In this document: positions 9,588 through 17,005 of the stretch, in pieces
How the letters are laid out: every line of letters begins with the position of its first letter
How positions within the stretch are numbered: position 1 is the stretch's first letter
IMG/VR virus record: IMGVR_UViG_3300012668_000271
Length of the DNA stretch: 37,659 nt
Origin: a virus
Strand: one strand, 5' to 3'
Program-made: the position numbers and the translations under genes
Notes under the pieces: model-generated
Told to the model about the DNA's origin: nothing
Seen by the model: only the letters and a program-made list of their open reading frames with translations
The model's database searches: none

Positions 9588-10165
9588 TAATTACCCAATG
9601 CCACCCAATAAAAACCATTATAAGCTGTTCCACCTGTATAATTATAAAAAAAACCACTCGCATTTATTGTTTTACCAACAGATAAAGTTTGAGCATTTGT
9701 AGTATTGCCCGCATTTATCAAAGTTGTTGTAACAACAAAACAAGCAGTAGGAAATGCTGGACTAAATGAAACAAGTATATTTGAATCTGAAACAAGAGGA
9801 GAAACCTTACCCCATTTTAATAATATCCCACCAGCTAGTGAAGTTGTACCATTTAATGGTGTTGCTGTTGTTGGTGAAGAAATGATAACTGTTGAACCTA
9901 ATGCATTTTGCCAAATTGGCCATGATTGTCCATTGACTATATTAGCATACATAGCAGCATCTGCACTACTTAATCCAGGTGCTGCCTCATTAATCAAATG
10001 GACATGTTTATGAAATCCACCAGGAGTTGAAGAAGAAAGATTAAAGTTATAATGATCAACAGCTAATAAAGAATCTACGGCATTAGTATTGATTGTCATT
10101 AAAGGTCTATCAGCTGAAGGATTATTAGCACCGGCCGGGATATTTAAATTATAATTGATCGTCAT
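9587..10165 (-). CDS. tail fibre-like protein (192 aa)
   Basis: ORF inside the tail module with an Asn/Thr/Ser-rich beta-type composition. Assigned by position only. Confidence 0.5.
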   Translation of the reverse strand: MTINYNLNIPAGANNPSADRPLMTINTNAVDSLLAVDHYNFNLSSSTPGGFHKHVHLINEAAPGLSSADAAMYANIVNGQSWPIWQNALGSTVIISSPTTATPLNGTTSLAGGILLKWGKVSPLVSDSNILVSFSPAFPTACFVVTTTLINAGNTTNAQTLSVGKTINASGFFYNYTGGTAYNGFYWVALGN

Positions 10166-10177
10166 GAAATTAATTCC

Positions 10178-11386
10178 TTAAAAAGTTGTTCCGCCCTGAT
10201 TAGATCCTGATTGCCCTGTATTTTGACTTTGACTATATATCGTTTGTGTTCTCGTTGAAGTCCATTGTCTTTGGCTTCTTTTCCAAACAAGCATTTCCTG
10301 TTCTTTGAATAAAGTTTCATAAAACATAAATTGCTCAATATCTCCTGTATCAGATAACAATTTTCTAGCAGCTCCTCGTGCGATGTATTCAGCCATATAA
10401 GCAAATGGAATAGCATTTGCTGTATTTAAAAAAGCTGAAGGAGAAAGATATGCCTCTAATTCAACTAAATATTGTTTATCCGGAGGATTACGAAGCGTTA
10501 ATGTGTTATTATAGAATAGAATAGCACGAGGCAAACCGCATTGAAAAAAGTGACACTGAGCACTTATGTTAACACCTGATGGTATTGAAGATGGAAAATA
10601 AAGATTAATGACAGAACCTGTCAGATAATTTATCGTATTTTGAGTCGTTGAATAAGGTGTTGGTAAAGATCCTCCATTTGGTAATGCAGTATAACCAAAT
10701 GGTGCGGTTCCAGGAGTCATTAACAACCCATAGTTAGGTGAACTTGTTAAAAACTGACCACTATCTTGCACAATGATATTAGTACCGTTATTATCATTAG
10801 AAGTGATGTAAACTGCTGGAATTATACTTGTAGAAGGGATACTAAGATTTAAATTAGTTCCTAATGGAGGATCAATATTTGCACCTGTTGCAATAATACC
10901 TGCCATATCCACATGTCCTCTCAAAATTGCTTGAATAGGTGGATTTAAAGGAGAATTATTTACTGGAGCAATAGGGAAAGAGAAAGTATAAGGTCCAGAT
11001 GTTCCATTACCAACCGCAACAACATTCATTTGCTGAACTACATTTGTCCAGCTATTAAAAAATAAACCTTTTTCAGTTTGAAATGAAACTGGAATTCCAT
11101 TGATATAAGCAGGCCCTAAAAAACCTTGATAAACAGGATATGATGCAATTTTTTGATTGCCGGATTCCGTTTGAACATCATACAATGGCATGTTATACTG
11201 ATCTATACCGGGACTTGTCTGAAACTGATACGTTGTTTTAAGATCAAATAATTGAATCCTTGCATCAACATCCATAATCCAAAAGCGATTAATATAATCG
11301 ATAATTAGATTGTCACTTAAGACAGCATTAGAAGGTGTTTTAACAATTCTTCTAATGTATGTTATTATATCACTTAATATATTCAT
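10178..11386 (-). CDS. virion structural protein (402 aa), function unassigned
   Basis: Long ORF in the structural operon, 12 nt upstream of the next gene. Confidence 0.6.
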   Translation of the reverse strand: MNILSDIITYIRRIVKTPSNAVLSDNLIIDYINRFWIMDVDARIQLFDLKTTYQFQTSPGIDQYNMPLYDVQTESGNQKIASYPVYQGFLGPAYINGIPVSFQTEKGLFFNSWTNVVQQMNVVAVGNGTSGPYTFSFPIAPVNNSPLNPPIQAILRGHVDMAGIIATGANIDPPLGTNLNLSIPSTSIIPAVYITSNDNNGTNIIVQDSGQFLTSSPNYGLLMTPGTAPFGYTALPNGGSLPTPYSTTQNTINYLTGSVINLYFPSSIPSGVNISAQCHFFQCGLPRAILFYNNTLTLRNPPDKQYLVELEAYLSPSAFLNTANAIPFAYMAEYIARGAARKLLSDTGDIEQFMFYETLFKEQEMLVWKRSQRQWTSTRTQTIYSQSQNTGQSGSNQGGTTF

Positions 11387-11394
11387 TTATTTTC

Positions 11395-11976
11395 CTAAAA
11401 ACTAGCACCCATGAAAACAGATTTTCTATCACTTACAGGTTCGGCATTTAATCTTTGAATTGTTTTATCTACTGCCATCGATCCATAATATTGACCCATA
11501 CCATCAGATGCAGTATTCGTATGTTGCTGCATGATTAAACGGTGGTATTTGCAACCTCTAATCTGCTCTGCTAAATATCTTGGTCCCCATATAGGTTTAT
11601 TAACTGGAACTTTCCAGTTTTCAGCCGGCATACCAGCAAAAGGTTTTGTCCACAGATCAATATCTTCACCGATGATCTCTATATTTTCAGCTGTGAAATG
11701 GACATATTCTTTCTTAAAATTAAATTCATCTCGATAGCTTTCATTAAATTTTTCTTTGCTTCCAATAGATCTAAATGGTTTTAAATATAAATCTTTAGAT
11801 TTTGCAATTTCAGATTGAGAAAGTTTTGTTTGTGGCTCCATTTCTTGTTTTGGTGCCGAATTCATACGATCTAATGTCATTTTCTGGACTTCTGAATCAA
11901 ATTCTTTAAATTGTTTATCCAACTTTTCTAATTCTTTTTCCGCTATCGAAGGATTATTTTTAATTTTTTCACTCAT
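11395..11976 (-). CDS. virion structural protein (193 aa), function unassigned
   Basis: ORF in the structural operon with a charged, coiled N-terminal half. Confidence 0.55.
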   Translation of the reverse strand: MSEKIKNNPSIAEKELEKLDKQFKEFDSEVQKMTLDRMNSAPKQEMEPQTKLSQSEIAKSKDLYLKPFRSIGSKEKFNESYRDEFNFKKEYVHFTAENIEIIGEDIDLWTKPFAGMPAENWKVPVNKPIWGPRYLAEQIRGCKYHRLIMQQHTNTASDGMGQYYGSMAVDKTIQRLNAEPVSDRKSVFMGASF

Positions 11977-11984
11977 ATTTACCT

Positions 11985-12416
11985 CTATAATGGACTTATG
12001 TTTAAAAAGCTTCCTGGTATGTAATTTAAAGTTGAATTTATACCATTATTGTTTGTCTGTCCAGTATTCACATCACCGATCGAGAATATTTGCGCAACTG
12101 TAGTTGATGAAGATGAAATATATGCATCAACATTTTGCGAAGAATTAATTCCTACTAATACTTGCGTACTTGTTGGGATGGATAATACATATCCTTGAGT
12201 CTCGTTCAATTGAATACAACCAAATGAAGATGGGATCAATAAACGCACCAACTGACCAATCACAAAATTATGTGCAACAGATGTGCTAATAGTCGTATTT
12301 ATTCCTAACGAAACTCCAGATATCACAAAAAGATTCGGTTGATAGAAATTTGATTGGATCGGAGGATTGGAATACAAAGGAATGGGATATGATACTACAC
12401 CTTTAAGAATCACCAT
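11985..12416 (-). CDS. virion protein carrying one HxFxxGQxV...GYV module (143 aa)
   Basis: SVAHNFVIGQLVRLLIP...ETQGYVLSIPTSTQVLVGIN resembles the modules in the 379-aa and 984-aa proteins. Confidence 0.55.
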   Translation of the reverse strand: MVILKGVVSYPIPLYSNPPIQSNFYQPNLFVISGVSLGINTTISTSVAHNFVIGQLVRLLIPSSFGCIQLNETQGYVLSIPTSTQVLVGINSSQNVDAYISSSSTTVAQIFSIGDVNTGQTNNNGINSTLNYIPGSFLNISPL

Positions 12417-12497
12417 AAAAACTTTCTTTTTAAAATTTTTTTACACAAATTTATTAAAAACACTCCTCTTTTTTAAGGAGGAGTGTTTTATCATTTA

Positions 12498-13637
12498 CTA
12501 TGAACCAATATCATGCATATATGCATGCCAGTACACAATATTCGTATTAGCAATCAAAGTTGCTATACCATCTACTGCTGCTAAACCAGCACCGATTGTA
12601 AAGCCTTGAGATGTGTTATTTACATACGCACCTATAACAGCAGGACCATTAATAGTACTGCTATCATTTTTTGAAGCTACTGAATATTGAGGTGCTGGAT
12701 ACAATTGTGATCCTGCAGAAATTTGCACTCCACCTGTATTCACATCACCTACTGCTACCACTTGAGGGAAGCTAAGACCAGGTACACTTGCGACAGTTTG
12801 ATTAACACTAAAGGCTGTAAAACCTACAGAATTAATATTAACAACAAATGTAAAGTTATCAGTAACAGATACAACATATCCATAGATCGGTGATCCTGGA
12901 ATAAGTATATTTGGTAATGAATTCAATGCTGTCGTTTTCCAAGCTTGCGGTACTCTAAATGCAATTTCTTGTCCTACCTGAAACTGATGATTACTAGTTG
13001 TAACCACAGTTGTTGTAGCTCCCAAAGTAAGAGCGCTTATAAACGCTGATCCAGGAAGATACAACCAAGGATAAAGAATTTTCTTTACAGTCGCGTTAGC
13101 TGGTGAGCCGCTTAATGCTGTATAATTACTTCCACTACTATCCCATTTAACTGTAAATGTATTAGCAGTTACTGCTGAAATAGTAAAAGGTATACCTGCC
13201 ATTTGCGGTTGACCAGTAGTTGTTGTCTGGAATAATCCATTCAACAAAACTGTATCACCAATTTGGTAACCGTGCGCTGTTACTGTAAATACAGTAGGGT
13301 TTGCAGCAGTCGAACTAACAATTTGCTTAGTTGGACCAAATTGAGTCAATAAACCTGCTGAAAAAGGATTTATTGCCTGCTGTGCTGCTGAGTTTGGTAT
13401 TGTATCAAACACGCTTGAAGTGCTAGATCCTGCATACAACTCAATCATTGTTGGATTATTAGAACCATCAAGCAACCTAGAATCCCACCAAGCTCTTGTA
13501 ACGCTATGGATAGCTGCTGTCTTAATGTTACTATAGTTCCATAACTCAACATAATCAGGTATAAAAGGTAAATTAATTACTGCACTTGTACCTGTTGCAA
13601 TAAAATTACCCTTCGCCATTCTTGAATATTCAGTCAT
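12498..13637 (-). CDS. virion protein directly downstream of the capsid gene (379 aa), possible decoration or head fibre
   Basis: ATG lies 1 nt after the capsid stop codon. Two HGYQIGDTV / HQFQVGQEI modules. The function is inferred from position only. Confidence 0.5.
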   Translation of the reverse strand: MTEYSRMAKGNFIATGTSAVINLPFIPDYVELWNYSNIKTAAIHSVTRAWWDSRLLDGSNNPTMIELYAGSSTSSVFDTIPNSAAQQAINPFSAGLLTQFGPTKQIVSSTAANPTVFTVTAHGYQIGDTVLLNGLFQTTTTGQPQMAGIPFTISAVTANTFTVKWDSSGSNYTALSGSPANATVKKILYPWLYLPGSAFISALTLGATTTVVTTSNHQFQVGQEIAFRVPQAWKTTALNSLPNILIPGSPIYGYVVSVTDNFTFVVNINSVGFTAFSVNQTVASVPGLSFPQVVAVGDVNTGGVQISAGSQLYPAPQYSVASKNDSSTINGPAVIGAYVNNTSQGFTIGAGLAAVDGIATLIANTNIVYWHAYMHDIGS

Positions 13638-13638
13638 T

Positions 13639-14187
13639 TTATACCCCCAAATTGCTTAAGCGTGTACTTAACAAATTACGGATAGCCGTATCTTGCGTAA
13701 TAGCTTGAGCTTGAGCAAATTTAACTGCCAAGGTTGCATTCTGAGCTAGCATACCAGAGTAATAAGGATCACGATAAATTAAATTCATCGAGAAACCATC
13801 CTGATTAATATGCGTAATAGCCTGTTTACCTAAAACTGTGTTGTAATATACGTCATTCAAAGTACCAACGTTATTTGCAACACTATTTCTTGCTACAGGT
13901 GCTTCCGAACTTGTCAAAATACGGATATTAAATATTGATCCATATTCACTTGCCAAAGCAGATGCATTCGTAGGATAGTTCCATTGTGAAAGGAATCCTG
14001 CACCCACTAAAGAATCAAAATCGGACTGAAGTTCAGTCGAACTAAGCATAAAATATGCTGAACGAACTGGACCTGTTCCAAATCTATCCATGCCTTCAAT
14101 ACCAGACATGAATTTATAAGCATTGTTACTATCAAGAGTTGTAGCAACTAATGAGAAGTCTGAGACTCCTAAGTTAGTTGGGTTATA
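13639..14187 (-). CDS. major capsid protein, exon 3
   Basis: YNPTNLGVSDFSLVATTLD...LSSTELQSDF...EYGSIFNIRILTSSEAP fits the C-terminal two-thirds of HK97-fold capsid proteins. The exon start is proposed after the G at 14188, supported by a P10-like pairing of AUAAC with GUUAU. Confidence 0.75.
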   Translation of the reverse strand, partial: YNPTNLGVSDFSLVATTLDSNNAYKFMSGIEGMDRFGTGPVRSAYFMLSSTELQSDFDSLVGAGFLSQWNYPTNASALASEYGSIFNIRILTSSEAPVARNSVANNVGTLNDVYYNTVLGKQAITHINQDGFSMNLIYRDPYYSGMLAQNATLAVKFAQAQAITQDTAIRNLLSTRLSNLGV

Positions 14188-14201
14188 CATTCTATTACTT
14201 G

Positions 14202-14230
14202 TTGACTTAAACGCTTGATCTTGTTACAAT
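14202..14230 (+). promoter_or_regulatory. sigma70-like promoter TTGACT-17-TACAAT for the homing endonuclease
   Basis: TTGACT at 14202-14207, a 17-nt spacer, TACAAT at 14225-14230. The ATG follows 6 nt later at 14237 with no SD. The promoter lies entirely inside intron 2. Confidence 0.6.
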
Positions 14231-14236
14231 AATAAC

Positions 14237-15148
14237 ATGATCGATAAATACACTTTAGCTTACACAGCTGGTTACACCGATGGAGATGGATGTTTTCATA
14301 TAAGAAAAACAATCCGAAAATCTACTGGTATAGCCAAATATTCTTGTTCTTTCATCATCTCTTCTACAGATACTGATATTATTGAGTTCCTTGTAAAGAC
14401 TTTCCCAGGTATTCGACGCATAGTGCATAATGGAAAAAGATCTTCTATATGGAAACCTCAACATCATTTTGTGATTAGAGGAAAAAAATCCATTAAATTT
14501 GTTCAGCAAATTTTGCCATTTCTTATTGAAAAACGAGAAGAAGCTGAAATTTACTGCAAATTCATTAAATCTTTTTCTCGTGAAGAAAAAGAGATTCTGA
14601 TGAATCGACTTAAGGAAGTTAAAAATGAATGTAATTTGGTCAAAAAATCTCATAAGAATAATCTTCAAGAGTGTATCTTGACTTTGTGCCCTAGTGATTT
14701 GGATTTTGCTTATTTCGCAGGTTTTATAGATGCTGAATGTGCACTTGGTGTATTTAGGTACAACTCTAAAAATCGCGATAACTTTATTTACAAAATCCTT
14801 CTTCAATGTGGCAATACCAAACTTCCCATTTTTAAATGGCTTCTTGAGCGATTTGGAGGACAAGTTCATTTTGTAGAACGTCGTTCCAAAAACATTAATC
14901 ATCGAGATTTTTTGACTTACAGAATTTCCAGTAAATCTCTCGGTGAGTTGCTTCCAAGAATATTTCCTTATATCAAACACAAAAAAATTGTTTGTGTTGA
15001 ACTGATGAAATTTTATGAAACAACGACTCCATTGCAAGGAAACATAAGCAGAAATTCTCCAAAATTTAAAGAATTCTATGCTGATATACTCACTATGAGG
15101 GACACTATTTTTCATAAAGTTCATATTCTTAATCGTAAAGGTATTTAA
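14237..15148 (+). CDS. double-motif LAGLIDADG homing endonuclease
   Basis: Two LAGLIDADG motifs: LAYTAGYTDGDGCFHI and FAYFAGFIDAECALGV. 303 aa. Confidence 0.9.
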   Translation: MIDKYTLAYTAGYTDGDGCFHIRKTIRKSTGIAKYSCSFIISSTDTDIIEFLVKTFPGIRRIVHNGKRSSIWKPQHHFVIRGKKSIKFVQQILPFLIEKREEAEIYCKFIKSFSREEKEILMNRLKEVKNECNLVKKSHKNNLQECILTLCPSDLDFAYFAGFIDAECALGVFRYNSKNRDNFIYKILLQCGNTKLPIFKWLLERFGGQVHFVERRSKNINHRDFLTYRISSKSLGELLPRIFPYIKHKKIVCVELMKFYETTTPLQGNISRNSPKFKEFYADILTMRDTIFHKVHILNRKGI

Positions 15149-15337
15149 ACATTTAAGCGGGTGGTCATTTCTGCCACCTCTCATAGTTTCCTATGAGATT
15201 AGACTATCGCTTCACCTTTCGGTGTCTGACCGCTTTAGTCGTTCACGGTCCCTTTCGGGTTCCGCCTTGTTGTCTTCACCATGACGTGGTAAGAGTTCCA
15301 AGTCGATTAGGTCTGATTTTACAACGGCAATAACTCT

Positions 15338-15706
15338 ACCGTTGGATCCACCACCTGCGTTAATCTGAGAAGCTGCTGATACGATATAATCTCGTAAAAT
15401 CAAATCCTCTGCTTGACGCATGGCTACGGCAAGTCTTTCTGAAACCCAAGCGAGAACTCCCTCTTGGTCTTGCAAAATGACTTGTTCGTTGATTATGCAG
15501 CCAGTCTATAAGCATAATCTAGGATCATTTCGGCACTGGCAATGCAACCGAAAAACGCCATCTGAGCATCAATTATATCCCTTTGTGGTACCTGTGCAGG
15601 TGGATCAATACCCGCATTACCTAATTGTACAGTAGGTGGCTGTATCGCACGAGGGCGCATAAATCTGCAAGTAGTACCGCCATTAGCTGGCATTGATACT
15701 TTGTCA
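15338..15706 (-). CDS. major capsid protein, exon 2 (contains a 1-nt frame break near 15496-15507 as assembled)
   Basis: DKVSMPANGGTTCRFMRPRAIQPPTVQLGNAGIDPP...AFFG continues in another frame as ...QEGVLAWVSERLAVAMRQAEDLILRDYIVSAASQINAGGGSNG. The 5' boundary could instead be 15724. Confidence 0.7.
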
Positions 15707-15977
15707 CACACAGTAATGTAATTCCTTGTTGTTAAGGTACTTAAGTACCTATCCGATCATTTCTGTCGAATTCTCTATGTTTCCATAGAGTTCAGAGCAC
15801 CGCATCCACTTAATTAAGTGGTCTCTTCGCTTGCTACGTTCACGCTGCAAAGCTTTCGCCGGCTTGCGCCTTGTTGCCTTCAACATTACTTGGTCAGGGA
15901 TTCAAGTCCATCAGAAGAGATTTTACAACGACGAATATATTGCACAAAACATTTGTGCATGATATAGTTAAACTGCC
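15707..15977 (-). mobile_element. group I-like intron 1 of the capsid gene (ORF-less, about 253-271 nt)
   Basis: P1 pairing: exon CAACGAU (15984-15978) with GUCGUUG (15932-15926). Shares blocks with intron 2 (CGUUGUAAAAUC, UGAAGGCAACAAGGCG, CGUGAACG, CAGAAAUGA). Hairpins CUCUAUG-GAAA-CAUAGAG and GGUACUUAAGUACC. Confidence 0.75.
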
Positions 15978-16063
15978 ATCGTTGGGGTAGGAACATAAAG
16001 CATAGCTGGAGCTAAACTTTGTAGGATCATGGGACCCAGGTTCCCTGTAGTCGTAATAGACAT
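15978..16063 (-). CDS. major capsid protein, exon 1 (28 codons plus 2 nt)
   Basis: AAAGGAAT RBS, then ATG at 16063. Encodes MSITTTGNLGPMILQSLAPAMLYVPTPT. The unspliced frame stops 3 codons later. Confidence 0.7.
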
Positions 16064-16104
16064 TATTTTAATTCCTTTGTCTAATTACTAGATTTGTTAA
16101 ATCC

Positions 16105-16134
16105 GTGGACGAAGACGTAATACGTCCGTTTTTT
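16105..16134 (+). terminator. hairpin plus T6, plus-strand intrinsic terminator candidate
   Basis: GGACG (16107-16111) pairs with CGTCC (16123-16127) and is followed by GTTTTTT. It lies just beyond the capsid start codon, on the strand antisense to the capsid gene. Confidence 0.4.
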
Positions 16135-16224
16135 AACATATCGATTATGGATGCGAACCCACTACGCGAAACATGATAACAGTCATGTAAACTGAAATTT
16201 AACATATATCATAGTAAATATTTT

Positions 16225-16887
16225 ATGGCACCTAGAAAAACACATGGCATGTGTAAAACAAAAGAATATCAATGTTGGAGAGCATTTAAAAATAGATGTA
16301 TGAATGAAAAAAATGTTCAATTTAAAGATTATGGCGGTCGTGGAATAACTGTGAGTAATGAATGGTTAGAATTTGTGAACTTTTATTCTGACATGGGAAA
16401 TTGTCCTGATGGGTTTGAAATTGATCGTATCGATAATAATAAAGGATATTGCAAAAAAAATTGCAGATGGACTACTAAGAAAATAAATTCTAGGAATAGA
16501 AGATCCACAAAAAAACATAAAATTAATTCTGAAGAAATAGTCCAACAAGTTCTTTTAGAGAAGATTGGATGGACAAAAAATCAATTTAGATGGTTTAAAG
16601 ATCAATATGGCATTGATTGGATTTTAGAAAACTTCAAGAAAGGAACTTTGCCAGAAATAACTAATATACCTGTTGATAAAGATGAAATTATTGGAAAGAC
16701 AATGGGAAAATGGACAGTTCTAAAATTCGTTTCATATAAAAGATGTATAGGAAATACTTATTTATGTAGATGCCATTGTGGGCATGAAAAAGAAGTTAAC
16801 GGATATTATCTTAGATCTGGAAAAAGCACTCAATGCCGCAAATGTGCTTATCAAAAACAAGAGAATAAACCAAATCCAAAAAAATAA
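16225..16887 (+). CDS. free-standing HNH-like (IDRID...NCRW family) endonuclease-type protein
   Basis: KEYQCWRAFKNRC...YGGRGITV...FEIDRIDNNKGYCKKNCRWTT plus a C-terminal Cys cluster CRCHCG...CRKC. Opposite strand to the surrounding late genes. Confidence 0.65.
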   Translation: MAPRKTHGMCKTKEYQCWRAFKNRCMNEKNVQFKDYGGRGITVSNEWLEFVNFYSDMGNCPDGFEIDRIDNNKGYCKKNCRWTTKKINSRNRRSTKKHKINSEEIVQQVLLEKIGWTKNQFRWFKDQYGIDWILENFKKGTLPEITNIPVDKDEIIGKTMGKWTVLKFVSYKRCIGNTYLCRCHCGHEKEVNGYYLRSGKSTQCRKCAYQKQENKPNPKK

Positions 16888-16890
16888 CAT

Positions 16891-16923
16891 ATAGGGGTTC
16901 AAATTCACATTTGCAACCCCTAT
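16891..16923. terminator. 9-bp stem hairpin between convergent genes
   Basis: ATAGGGGTT (16891-16899) pairs with AACCCCTAT (16915-16923) around a 15-nt loop. The flanking T runs are weak. Confidence 0.35.
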
Positions 16924-17005
16924 AATTGAAAATTTATTACTTCTTTTTCTTTTCTTCTGGTTTAGGCATAGGCTTTTTGTCATCTTTATGTTTCATGGTG
17001 TCTCC

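Larger units (their letters stand above)
14188..15337 (-). mobile_element. group I-like intron 2 of the capsid gene (about 1150 nt, carries an antisense LAGLIDADG ORF)
   Basis: P1 pairing: exon CAACGGU (15344-15338) with GCCGUUG (15328-15322), giving a U-G pair at the splice site. GAAA-capped hairpins. The core is similar to intron 1. The 3' boundary is less certain than the 5' boundary. Confidence 0.75.

Noticed and set aside
10162-10416. 84-aa minus-strand ORF overlapping the 3' end of the 402-aa gene
   Set aside because: It lies almost entirely within a longer well-supported CDS in another frame, and it has no RBS.
14255-15184. 309-aa minus-strand ORF covering the homing endonuclease region
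   Set aside because: It is antisense to an ORF with two clear LAGLIDADG motifs, has Phe/Lys/Asn-rich low-complexity composition and no motif, and lies inside the intron loop. It is a shadow ORF.
15212-15337. C-terminal 42 residues of the listed ORF 15212..15475 (RVIAVVKSDLIDLELLPRHGEDNKAEPERDRERLKRSDTER)
   Set aside because: This is read-through into the intron 2 ribozyme core (GAAA hairpins and blocks conserved with intron 1). It is not capsid sequence.
15493-15508. Programmed -1 ribosomal frameshift as the explanation for the capsid frame break
   Set aside because: The 12-nt window in which the shift must occur (AGACUGGCUGCA) has no X XXY YYZ slippery motif. I see no obvious downstream stimulatory structure.
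16142-16165. GGGTTCGCATCC on the minus strand, resembling a tRNA T-arm
   Set aside because: The flanking bases do not form a 5-bp T-stem (only 2 pairs). No acceptor or anticodon arms could be drawn.
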